From Octopus vulgaris (lineage: Eukaryota): a stretch of DNA of 64,000 nucleotides. Below the pieces are notes generated by a model. That model had not been told where the DNA came from. It was given only the letters and a program-made list of their open reading frames with translations, and did no database searches. Positions within the stretch are counted from its first letter, which is position 1. Each line of letters starts with the position of its first letter. A program made the translations under genes and the position numbers. Shown piece by piece: positions 52,417 to 64,000 of this stretch. The stretch lies in contig OX597820.1 in the NCBI GenBank assembly GCA_951406725.2, forward strand, positions 87,730,001 to 87,794,000, written 5' to 3'.

Positions 52417-54442
52417 TCATCCATTGAGTAATCCTCAAGGATAAAATGATGTTTTGCGTGGTGACTTTATTCAGCCTCATTCTCTCGTCTGTGACCGTCT
52501 TTAATCCATTGACAAAAGCAGGTCAATACGATTGGAGATGGAAATGGGAAACAATGGATGACCATAATACGTTGCTGCGGTCACCTTTCCTTCCATTGAA
52601 CCATGAAGGTGTATCAGTGATTCGAAACCGAACTACTAGTTAACCAGTCATGCATCAAGACCGAACCACAGTAGTTTCACGTAATTGGTTTGTTAAGCAA
52701 CCAACCAGCGTCAAGCCATCGCGGGATTTAGCTTTCTAGAACCTTCTGCTTGTACCGCATAAAAAAATGTTTTTTGGTACCAACACTCTTTGCAGGGCGC
52801 TGAGACCGGCCGACTCATTCACGTCTCACCTTTGTCACTACATTATGTCGAGGCAGCTGTGCAACGTGTTATATGTACATGCATGTATATTTCTTTATGT
52901 TTGTCCCCACCCTGCTACAATGTGCGTATGTGTGTAATAAAAAAGTGTTATTTCCAGTGAAACAGCGTAGCAATTAACTGCTAATTTAAATTCCATGTAA
53001 ATCCATGTGCATCTAACTTCCAGTCAGTCATTAAATATAATTTTCTTTCGATCTTGACTTGATAGCATATACATTTAGATAAATTACAGAGTGTATCAGA
53101 AAATAGAATAAAACTGCAAGTTTGGCTAAAATTTTATATCATAGATTACATAATCTTTACCCGTGTTTCACTAGAATATACTTATGAAGTATAGTAATCG
53201 CAACATACACGATTGCATAATTACCTTCAAACGCCAGTTCATTAGAAGAAAAGCGTAATTTAATCAATTATTGGTTACGTCAGTTGGTAGACAGCCAAAA
53301 TGAGAACTGACAGTTTTCAGTTTGGCTCTGTAGGGAAGGGTGGTTAAACCTCTGTAACTTTTTTTTTTTAATTGTGGAAAAGTGAATTATCTCCTGAGAT
53401 TCAGTGTTGAAAATTATCTCAATACACCAAATTTAAAAATTTTTACCAAACTTTAAAATTTCCACGGGTGCAACCAAACAGAAAATATCTGTAATAAGCT
53501 ATATCTGTTATTAATTAATAGTTAAACGATATTATTTTTATCTTTTACTTGTTTTAGCCATTACATTGCGGCCAAACCGAGGCACGGTCTTAAAGAATTT
53601 CTAGTCGAATGAGTCGATTCCAGTATTTATTTTTTGTTAAGCTTGATGCTTATTTTGGATCTTTTTTGTTTGGCGGCACTTTTTGAAATTTTAAAATTAA
53701 GTAAAAATTGTCAAATTTCGTGCATTGATGTAATTTTTCTCACTGAATCTCAGGATCTAACATTTTATAATTTTTAGCATTTTATAATTTTTATCCAGTC
53801 AGAAACAGGATTTGGAAGCTGTTATTTTGTGCGTGACTGCAAATGTAAGACGAAAAAACAATAATGTCAACATTGCGACAAAAGTACGTGCTTTAAGCGA
53901 AAAAAATGACCCAAGAAACAACACAGACATTCTGTAGTTTTAAGCATTCAATATGCATTTAATGCAGGGAAAAAACAGAGTAAACACATTTTGTAGTTTT
54001 AAGAGCAGAAAAAATGGGTACAAGCAGGTACAGCATGAAATATTAGTTTGTAAACACAGGTGGTTTTACGTAAACGCTTATTCAACGCTTGGTTTGATAC
54101 TATGGAAAAAGGCACCTAAGATGTCTGTGCCGTTCGATTGGCTAAAATTACTCACGACTTGCAAACTTTAAAAGCTGTTAATTGTTTATTTATTGATTTA
54201 TGGCGAAAATGTCAATAATGAGCATACAAAGCTACATCAATACTCCAAATTTGAAACCAACTGGAACAAAATTGAAGTAATTGAAAAGATCGATCTTTTG
54301 CCGAACCATTAAGTTACATTGGTGTAAACACACCAGCATAGGTTGTTGTTATGTGTAGTGAATGTGTAACAGTTGTCAAACGGTAACTGGAGGAAAACAC
54401 TGACGCAAACACCACACACACATACACAGATATATATATATC

Positions 54443-54645
54443 TTTATTTGTTTCAGTCATTTGACTGTGGCCATGCTGGAGCACCGCCTTTAGTTGAGCA
54501 AATCGACCCCGGGACTTATTCTTTGGAAGCCCAGTACTTATTCTATCGGTCTCTTTTGCCGAACCGCTAAGTGACGGGGGCGTAAACACACCAGCATCGG
54601 TTGTCAAGAAATGCTAGGGGAACAAACACAGACACATAAACATAT

Positions 54646-54690
<45 letters not shown>

Positions 54691-54853
54691 TACGACAGGC
54701 TTTCAGTTTCCGTCTACCAAATCCACTCACACGGCATTGGTCGGCCCGGGGCAATAGCAGAAGACACTTGCCCAAGATGCCACGCATTGGGACTGAACCC
54801 GGAACCATGTGGTTGGTTAGCAAGCTACTTACCACACAGCCACTATGCGCCTA
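54443..54853 (-). mobile_element. tRNA-derived SINE (major family)
   Basis: Homologous to 8004-8394. A partial second copy lies immediately upstream (about 54296-54430). Confidence 0.85.
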
Positions 54854-55324
54854 TTACATATGTAATATTACCTTCGTCATTTGTATTCTTTTTTTTTTTT
54901 TTTTTTTTTGCTAGCTCGCCATGGTCGAATAAACTTACGAGCAAGAACATTCCAGTATGACCATCCCATCTTTTTATAAAAACATATATTTGAAACTATA
55001 TCGTCAAATAAATCTTGTTTCCGGTTGTGATTAGAGGGAGAGTTGGGTGCTATTTCTAGAAGTTAGAGCGGCCACTAAAGATAGCATTTGCCATTGTCCA
55101 GTAACGGGTGTTAATAAAAGCAATCACATCTCCTTCAAATTGTACACTTTCGTTAGAAAGAAAGGAAGGAAACATGAAAAATCGACGGATGGTCATGGTG
55201 GAACGCCTTTGATCACAGGTCTTCTCGATCACGGTTGGCCCCAGAGGTGAATAACAACAACAACAACAATAATAACTTACTAATAGCTTCATTACTCTCC
55301 TAGTTCTGTTGGTTTAGATATGTA

Positions 55325-55935
55325 CGATGAGGTGCTGAAAAATTCTTGACTTCAAGAGTATCGAGAAATGCCTGGTTGGAAGCACAACCTTCTGAGTTCT
55401 TTTACAGGGTTTAAAAAACTGAAGGACTGCTACAATAAATATGTGAATCAGAGAGGAGAATATCTTTATATATAAAAGTCAAGTTGTGTGTCTGTCTCCG
55501 ACGATTTAGATTCCTAACTACTCCCACATTTTGCGGTGCAGTTTAACCAAAACCAGGTATCTTATAGTCGTGATTCATATCGAGCCCTTCTGGGTATTAG
55601 CGCGCGTCTACGATGAGTCTACGATTTAAAAAAAAATTACCATCATTTTTTCCATTTTAATGCGTTTTTTTCGCTATTATATAAGGGAAGTAACTCTCTA
55701 AAAATGTCTACGATGAGCCAACGATTTAAAAAAAATTTACCATCATTTTTTTCCATTTTTAATGCATTTTTTTGCTATTTTTTGGCTATAACTATCTAAA
55801 AATGCTTATATAGTTATTTCCCTTACAAACCCGAGCAACGCCGAGCGATACTGCTAGTGTTGTATAAAATCATAATTAACTAATCCTCCTGTATTTTCTT
55901 TTACCCAAAGCTAGGGACTTTTCAGCATCCCCTCG
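55325..55935. mobile_element. Mariner-type MITE interrupted by a Helitron
   Basis: TA-cgatgaggtgctgaaaaattcttgactt / aagctagggacttttcagcatcccctcg-TA. Confidence 0.7.
55463..55857 (+). mobile_element. Non-autonomous Helitron (family B) nested in the MITE
   Basis: A|TCTTTATATATAAAAG ... cccgagcaacgccgag ... CTAG|T, with an internal duplication of about 100 bp. Confidence 0.85.
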
Positions 55936-56628
55936 TATGTGTTGATAAGCCGCCAGTAAGTGTGACTAAAAATCTATATTCATTCTTATGTTTAGGTACA
56001 GTGGAGATATACGTCAGTGTGATCAATGATGATGACCTAAAGGATTTTAAGAGAAAAAAAAATTAAATTAAAATTAAAAAAATAGTTTTTGTCGCTTTGG
56101 TAGTTTCGTTTGTTTTTTTTTTTTCGTAATTTTGTGTTGACGAAATGTTTTGGGGAAACTAAAAATAGCAATACTAGACACGAACGGATGACTAGTGATA
56201 AATCAACGAAAACCTGAGTCAGATAGACTCAATATACATACATACATACGTACGTACGTACATACATACATACATACATACATACATACATACATACATA
56301 CATACATACATACATGCACACTTACATATACATATATAAATACACACATATATACGTGCATCTTCCCTCTGTGTATGTGTGTGTGTCTCACTCTCACACC
56401 TACACCCACACACTTACACCCACACACTTACACCCACACACCATAGCTGTAGGGTTAAGATACAGGAGCAATGCCGGAAGGTTGTAAATTCATTGACAGC
56501 TGCTCCTGACAAATGAAAGTTAACTGTTTTCTCTCATCTAATTAAACAAGACAAAAACCCAGGTAAGTGGTCAGTGACAGCCACGTCATCTACTCTGAGA
56601 AAAATAAACAAACATCTTTTCCCTCTCA

Positions 56629-57013
56629 TCTCTATATATAAAATCAATATATATATATAAAACTCGAGAACAACCCAACCGATTTCATTCAAATTCTACA
56701 CATACACTACTAAGAGTCCATAAAGTGTCATGCCCCCCCCCCCCCACCAAAATTTCAACTTCTTGCCTATGCTAGCCCGGGCAATCTCTTAGACTGTTTC
56801 GAGAGTGTCATGGGCCCCACCAAAATTTCAACTTCTTGCCTATGCTAGCCCGGGCAATCTCTTAGACTGTTTCGGTATTATGTGTCAAAAGTGAAACAAT
56901 AACATATCTATTGTAATGTGAGATAACAGTTTCAGTCTTAATAGTTTCACTATTAATACTTTCACTATGTATAGAATATATACATAGTGAAGCTATTAAT
57001 AGTGAAACTATTA
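56629..57013 (+). mobile_element. Truncated Helitron-like 5' fragment
   Basis: TC(TATA)n start. Shares ttcggtattatgtgtcaaaagtgaaa...ctattgtaatgtga with the element at about 61340. Contains a tandem duplication (56725-56873) and ends in a palindrome. Confidence 0.55.
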
Positions 57014-57283
57014 TTTCACATTACATACATACATACATACAAGCATACATATATATATATATATATACATGCATTCACACGCACACACACACACACACAT
57101 AAATATATGTATGTGTGTATGCATGTGTATATGTGTGTATATATATATATCTGCATATATATACAATAAATTCAGGGTGAATACTTGATAAATGTAAGCA
57201 CCTGTATATGCCAGCTAGTAGCAGAGGTGAGAGGATATATGTATCAAATAAAATAAAATGAAAAACAGGTCACAAAGGATGCC

Positions 57284-57376
57284 GTGGTACACATGTTTCG
57301 AGCTTTATAAAACAACTTATTCTTACATCAATGCATAATTGACATAACAGATAGTTTAAAAGCCCTCTTCAGCCGC
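57284..57376 (-). ncRNA. Type I hammerhead ribozyme motif with long helix II insert
   Basis: Minus strand: gcgg-CTGAAGA-gggcttt...aaagctc-GAAAC-atgt-GTA-ccac. Confidence 0.65.
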
Positions 57377-57592
57377 ATGCAATTGCTACACCAAAGACTT
57401 GTATCACATTATGAAAGGTTTAAGAAAGAGCATATGGTATTTTTTATAATGGTAGGTAAACCGAGTATCACTGGGAAAGTATGTTTGTAAATCTCCATAA
57501 TCAAATAGGCGTACAGGGTATTATTGGACTCCAAACATCTGTCTATATCGTTTTCTCACTATATTGAGTGAGAAAACGATATATTTATATAT

Positions 57593-57740
57593 AATCAAAA
57601 TAAACAACAAGGATATCCAGAGGTAATGCAGTTCGATCGTTTCATACGACTCCATTTAATTGAACAATGCCAATTAAATGGAGTCGCATGAAACGATCGT
57701 ACTGCATTACCTTTGGATATTCTTGTTGCTTATTTTGATT
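57593..57740. repeat. Long inverted repeat (about 70-bp arms)
   Basis: aatcaaaataa...ggatatccagaggtaatgcagttcgatcgtttcatacgactccatttaattg / caattaaatggagtcgcatgaaacgatcgtactgcattacctttggatatt...ttattttgatt. Confidence 0.9.
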
Positions 57741-58205
57741 AAAATCACCTTATTTTAAATTGTATGGATAATACCATACTAAAATTCTGGTGCTTTCAAC
57801 TTAATTACCGTATTCATCTGAATCTAAATTTTTACTGAACTTATATATATACATACATATATATATATATGTGTGTGTGTGTGTGTATACATACATATGT
57901 ATATATATAGATGTATATTTATAGATGTCTATGTATAGATGTATATGTATATATATATAGATGTATGTATAAATATGTATATGTATATATCTATGTATAT
58001 ATTTATATGTGTATATATATATTTATTTACATACATGTATATATACGTATGTATCTATATATATTTATATACATAAAGATATATATATATGTATATATAC
58101 GTATATATATATATATATATATATAGTAAGCCCTTATTAAATTAGTAAAGATACCTTTATTTACTAATTAAATAATGGCACATCTAAGTCTATATATAAG
58201 CCGCT

Positions 58206-58304
<99 letters not shown>

Positions 58305-58900
58305 CAAAATGGGACAAGAACGCAAAACATCCAGACAGCTAGGTGATACAAAACGGGACAACAAAACATCCAGATAGATGATACAAAGAAAACACAGATG
58401 GGTCATTCGAAGCCCTCGATCCTCAGTCAAGCACTAGATTAGCCTCACAATTTCGGTTGATTATTCTTGATATTGCTCTAATCTGGCCAGCCCCAAGGAA
58501 AAACTAAGCTAAGATCATTAGATTCCTTGGAAGAAAGCATCGAATGTATACAAAAACGAGGACGGAAAACACAGACAAAGTTACACAAATATAAATACAA
58601 TAATAAACACAATAAAAATAATAACAAGACATAACAACAGGTGTCTTTCGACTGAGAAGGAATTGAATTAAGCTGGCGCGTATGCAAATGAAGCCTTACG
58701 GCAGAGATACAAAAGTTTCACTAACACAGGGAAGAATATCGATGTTGCACGGACGGCGGTCAGACCAAGAAAGAAAGAACAGGCTAGGTTGACCGGCGGT
58801 CACGTGGAAGAGAAGAGAAAGAAGTAGAAGCAGAGGGACAGAAGAATTAAGGAGGTGCGAGAAAAAAGGACAGGGACATAGTGATATATGTATATATATG

Positions 58901-58932
<32 letters not shown>

Positions 58933-60335
58933 TGTATATATAGTTATATATATATATATATATATACATAGTTATATACATGTATATTTATATGCATGCA
59001 TATATATATATATATGGCGGCTGCCCCCTCGTTATAGAGTATGGCCATTGCACGAAGCTTAATCAATGTTGTTATCGTGCAATGCCTGTGCAAGAAGATT
59101 TTTTTTTAAAGTGAGGAAAGGCTGTGCACTGAGTCAATCCCACTCACTAAGCAACAGCAACCATAATCCGAAAAGAAGAACAAGTCAACATCATCGGTAA
59201 CCACTGAGCTGCAGCTTTTATATCGGAGTTATCCCAGTTACCTGAGTTACCTTCTCCTAGAAGGATGCCCTAACAAAAGCTAAGAGTCCTTCACTCCCAA
59301 TGGTTTAACTGCGCGATCGGGTATTCAGTCCGATTATTTCTATGTCCCTGCGCATGACATACATACATACATACATGTACATAGTCTCACACACACACAC
59401 ACACATATATATACCGATAGAATAAGTACTAGACTAACAAAGAACAAATCCTGGGGTTGATTTCTTCGACTAAAGGTGATGCCTCAGCATGGCCGCAATC
59501 ACGTAAACACACATACATACATACATACAAATATTACATACATACATGCGTACATACATACATGTATACATACATGCATACATGCGTACATACGTACATG
59601 CATCAAACATGTATACTGACAGACAAACAGATATTCATGTAAATATGTAAATATATATACAAACATGCCTGTACGCATGTGTGTATATCTATGTGTGTGT
59701 TTGTGTGGAGGGGTGTGAGCGAGGTTTTGTCCAACAGAACTTTAAAATATACAAGTAATGTATTGCTTTACTTACAACTTAATCAGATGAGCCTGTTGCA
59801 AAATGTTCCCTTCTAATGTTGACACATTGCTCTCAACAATTTTCCCAGTTTTTGGACTCATCATGGAACTTGTTTTAGAGTGCAAGGTAGAGTGCAGTTT
59901 CCTTTGTGAATTTTCTTCGATTTCTTCTTTTGCTTGAAACCAGCAACCTCCTTGGGTGGATTTCAACGTTGAAAAGACAAAAAGTCCTCAGAGATCACGT
60001 CGGCTACGGAATGAAAGTAATTTCCTTATTTGTCAAGAAGCTACAGATAAGGAGTAATGCGCGAGCAGGTACATGCTTGTCGTGCGGCATCTCAGTTTTT
60101 ATTTTTCTGAGCGAAGGAAGAGCCTCAGGCCGCTTGTTTCTCAGTTCTTCTCTCAATCGCTTCAGGACATCCGAGAAAACCCATTTATTGATTATTTGAC
60201 CACGTGGTATAAATACATGATGACCGATGTCCTTCTAATTGATTGCCATCACTTTCACATTCGAGTGACTTTGACATGCTTCTTTTGTTTGGAGTGACGA
60301 TAATTCAACGCGTTCCAACAACTTTTATATATATA

Positions 60336-60707
60336 CTAACACTATGACCCGGCAACGCCGCGTCATAGTGCTAGTGCATGCATATACAGTTGCGTGCGTG
60401 CGCACATACACGCGAGTACTGTCCAAATCTCCGATCAATCACATACAGGTAGCTGGCATTCAATTGGCGTATTAAGTTTCGGGCATTTTGATTGGGTTTG
60501 GGATAGAAAATTCACAAAAAAGTCACTTCAATTGATTTTTTAATGGCTTTGCGAGGTGACTGGGGGAATGTAAAGATATGCACGACCACTCTTGGACTGT
60601 TTTCAATGACCATAGAAAGTGCGAGCCCTCTAACTGAAAAATTGTGGATTTGTATAAAGGATACACACACAGATAGATATTTTGCCGTTTATATATATAT
60701 ATATATT
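60336..60707 (-). mobile_element. Non-autonomous Helitron-type element, minus strand
   Basis: Minus-strand 5' (TA)nAAACGGCAAAATATCTATCTGTGTG. The 3' end has the cggcgttgccggg hairpin and TTAG|T. Confidence 0.7.
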
Positions 60708-61113
60708 GGCGATGTAGCCAAGCTCTCATGTTTCGTCACCTGCTACGACACTTTTCAGAAAATTTTCATCTGCATTCTAACGATCTAACAACTCCGGATA
60801 GACTGTGAGCCTGTTGTTTTCGTTGATCTGTCAGAATTCGCGAATAATATTTAGATTGGAAATTGAAGAAGTATCGCGTTGTCACAAAATTTGTGACAGC
60901 ACGATGACGCACCGACATTATTCTTATAAAATTATGATGCACGAGCTTCCATAGATGCCTATTTTTTTTTTCGGTACTTTTAGTGTGGATCAGGTGAAAT
61001 TGAACTGAGTCAGGTGAGGATTTTTATGGATCACAGCATGCACTTCCGCAAAATGATCAGTGTCCGTTGTTAATTTAAATTTGGCTATGGCGGATCGAAT
61101 CCACTTCATGCAA

Positions 61114-61136
61114 GCAAGATTAACTACATATATATA

Positions 61137-61190
<54 letters not shown>

Positions 61191-62700
61191 TCTTTGTCTG
61201 TCAGTCTGTCAGTCTGTTTCCTATTCATTGCTCGATCAAATCAAATCACATTTTACAAGGTAATAGTATCAGTTCCCGTGAGTGTCAACATGTAATTCTT
61301 TTTTCATTTGGATTAAAACAATATAACATTCGCACTGGTTCGGTATTACGTGTCAAAAGTGAAAGAATAAGATCTATATTGTAATGTGATATAATATTGT
61401 TTCACTTTTATTCTTTTACTTTTAATTCTAATGTGATAACACAAAGATCATCTTATTTCTATTATAATTTTGAGACTTTCCCAAGATCAGCAAACGCAGC
61501 ACACAAAATGGAGTCTCAAGACAGATGCGAGATAAACTTTTCTCAAGATCAACAAACGCATGCTGCAACACATCAAATGGAATCTCAAGAGAGAAGGGAG
61601 ATGAGACTTTCCCATTGTCAGCAAACGCATGCTGCAGTACATCAAATGGAGTCTCAATACAGAAAGGAGATGAGACTTTCACAAGATAATCAAAGGCATG
61701 CTGTAACACATCAGATGGAGTCTCAAGAGAGAAAGAAGATGAGACTTTACCAAGACTAGCAAACGCATGCTGCAGCACATCAAATGGAGTTTTAAAACAT
61801 AAGCGACATGTGACTTTCCCAAGATTAGCAAATGCATGCTGCAGCACTCAATGCCGAATCATTAAAAAAAACCTTTTAATGATTAGACAGAGGTCCAATA
61901 GAACAGCTTTCAAAAACAGACTACGTACAAATTCGTTTTTCACTACTCCTGGAGCCGCTTTCAGATATGATCCCTCCCATTCTTATAAAAATGATAGTTT
62001 TGTCCAAATGGGTGTGATAAACAAGAATTATCGTTTCTGCAAAGCTTTAGAATTTCCAAATGAAACTAATGGCATGTGCTGCTCAGACGGTAAGGTAAGA
62101 CTGCCAAAACTACTAGCTCCTCCTCACCTCAGCTTTTTATGGATCTTCTGGAAGGCACTTCCATCCAGTCAAAGCATTTTCTGAACAATATCAAACAATA
62201 CAACTCAGCGTTTCAAATGACATCGTTTGGTGCATCTAAGGAGATAGTTGAACATGGATTTACGCCAACGTTCAAAGTTCAAGGGCAAGTCTACCACCTC
62301 ATTTCTTCCCTGTTACCCACAAATGAACAACCACAGTTCCTCTAAATTTACTTTATGAGTGATGTATGGCAACAAACCCGAAGGAGGTGTCAAAACTTCA
62401 GACGACGGGTCGTGTTAGACGCAGCGCGGACCGCCGCAAAAGAGAGTATATCCACTGACAGCTTTTCGGTGCGTTCAGAAATCACATAGCCCCTACCCCC
62501 AATTTTCCATGGCAGGTTAGGGCTTGGAATACTTCAAACGGACGCAAGACATGTCACTTAGTCGAATTAGCCCATCATTTACTCCACAAATGTTTTGTCG
62601 TCAATGCTGCACTTTGCCGTATCGTCTGTTTCAACATAACTGTAATATATATACAAACTATGCCATTTTAAATCCGAGCAACGCCGGGTATCTCTGCTTG
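61114..62700 (+). mobile_element. Internally deleted Helitron with RepHel N-terminal pseudogene
   Basis: 'CCSDGKVRLPKL', 'SKHFLNNIKQYNSAFQMTSFGA', 'FKVQGQVYHLISSLLP' are Helitron RepHel motifs (frameshift and stops present). The 3' end has the ccgagcaacgccggg hairpin then CTTG|T. Confidence 0.9.
61485..61850 (+). repeat. 69-bp tandem repeat (about 5 units) encoding 23-aa STPR-like repeats
   Basis: ATGGA(G/A)TCTCAA recurs at about 61508, 61577, 61646 and 61715, with a more diverged unit at about 61784. Unit MESQERREMRLSxxQQTHAAxHQ. Confidence 0.88.
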
Positions 62701-62812
62701 TATACTATAAATGTTATGCAATTATGTTTGAATTAAAAATTACATGCTCTAAGGTGATACCATATGTTTTACTTGTTCATCTCTCTTTCTAATATATATC
62801 TACCAGCTCAAT

Positions 62813-63165
62813 AGTGGAAGTGCAATGGCCCAGTGGTTAGAGCAGCGGACTCGCGGTCGTAGGATTGCAGTTTCGATTCCCAGACCGGGTGTTGTAAGTG
62901 TGTATTGAGCGAAAACTCCTAAAGCTCCACGAAGCTCCGGCAGGGGGTGGTGGCGAACCCTGCTGTACACTTTCACTCTTTCTTCCTATTTCTGTTGTAC
63001 CTGTACTTCGAAGGGCTAGCCTTGTCGCACTATGTGTCACGCTGAATCTCCCCGAGAACTATGTTAAGGGTACACGTGTCTGTGGTGTGCTCAGCCACTT
63101 GCACGTTAATTTCACGAGCAGGCTGTTCCGTTGATCGGATCAACTGGAACCCTTGTTGTTGTAAT
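62813..63165 (+). mobile_element. tRNA-headed SINE
   Basis: tggcccagtggttagagcagcggactc...tttcgattccc A/B boxes followed by a unique body. Confidence 0.7.
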
Positions 63166-63218
63166 CTCTATTTCTTATCTTATCTAAATTAACTATTGCT
63201 TAACCATCTTCTCACACC

Positions 63219-63266
63219 GTCTCCGATGAAAGGATATAATAAATATCCTAGAAACAGCTGTAAGAC
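63219..63266 (+). ncRNA. Minimal type I hammerhead ribozyme motif (Penelope pLTR-type)
   Basis: gtct-CCGATGA-aaggatat(aataa)atatccta-GAAA-cagctg-TA-agac: helix I gtct/agac, helix II aggatat/atatcct, palindromic helix III, GUA site. U4>C variant and A-A mismatch at the base of helix II. Confidence 0.7.
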
Positions 63267-64000
63267 CTATTTATAAATGTTCTAAAATCTACACTGCCTT
63301 GGGTTTTTTTTTTTTATCTCATTACGAAAAAACAAAATTTATATATATATATAAATTTTAATTTTTAATGTTGGGGATGCTTTAGTTCAGTAATATATCT
63401 TTCAAGGGATTTGAGGAGTTTTCTTTTTATTTATTTTAGTTCTTAATTTTTATTTTCTAAGCTTGGGAAAGGTAAGTAGGGGTTGCAATATTGAATTTTG
63501 CACCTCCACAAAATGTTAGTTGGTGCACTTGCACACCCTGTTCCCAGGCCCTTGTTCAACTTGCGATAATTCTAACACCAGGTACGTTTCACTGTAGCAC
63601 GTATATATGGCCATGTAAACTAAGCATACGTTCTTTCTAGCACGTGTATATTACCAAATACGCTAAACATACATTCTCTTATACACGTGTAGATCACCAT
63701 GTGCACTAAGCATGTGTATATACATATTTTACTTCATGAGGTTTACGAACGAATCCGAATAGTGTAAAACTTGCAGATTCATTACGTTGCTCTTTTGCCC
63801 CTGATATACCGTATTTTCTGGTGTATAAGCGGCTATTTTTTTACCTGGGAAATTAAGTGTGCCGCGTATAGAAAGGTGCTCCTAATTTTCTTTTATTCTC
63901 TTATTCTTTTGTTTGCTTCAGTCATTTTGACTGTGGCCATGCAGGAGCACCGTCTTTAGTTGAACACTTCGCTCCCAGGACTTATTCTTTGTAAAACCAG

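Noticed and set aside
61485-61850. CRISPR-like array
   Set aside because: Contiguous 69-bp coding-type tandem units with no unique spacers, in a eukaryotic Helitron.

Overview
AT-rich, microsatellite- and transposon-dense eukaryotic DNA. The SINE families, (TA)n/(CA)n density and gene content suggest a cephalopod (Octopus-like) genome; this is inferred. Two convergent protein-coding genes can be assembled by hand with phase-consistent splice sites. (1) On the + strand are the last 10 coding exons (5940-25521) of a kinesin-4 KIF21-type gene: an 'ARRRTATPKELLY' linker, 'NDVFKRLT' and a C-terminal WD40 propeller, with one GC-AG intron. (2) On the - strand is a 4-coding-exon PNT/SAM + ETS transcription factor (48550-36042, about 405 aa) with a divergent ETS helix 1. 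The rest is decayed mariners, piggyBac-like MITEs, LINE remnants (CR1-like, RTE-like, RLE/Hero-like), tRNA-derived SINEs, a tRNA-Gly pseudogene and at least five Helitron-type elements, one with 23-aa STPR-like repeats. The most unusual signal is a set of Penelope-type minimal hammerhead ribozyme motifs and long fold-back palindromes built on half-hammerheads, all embedded next to (TA)n tracts. All calls are by eye; no searches were run.
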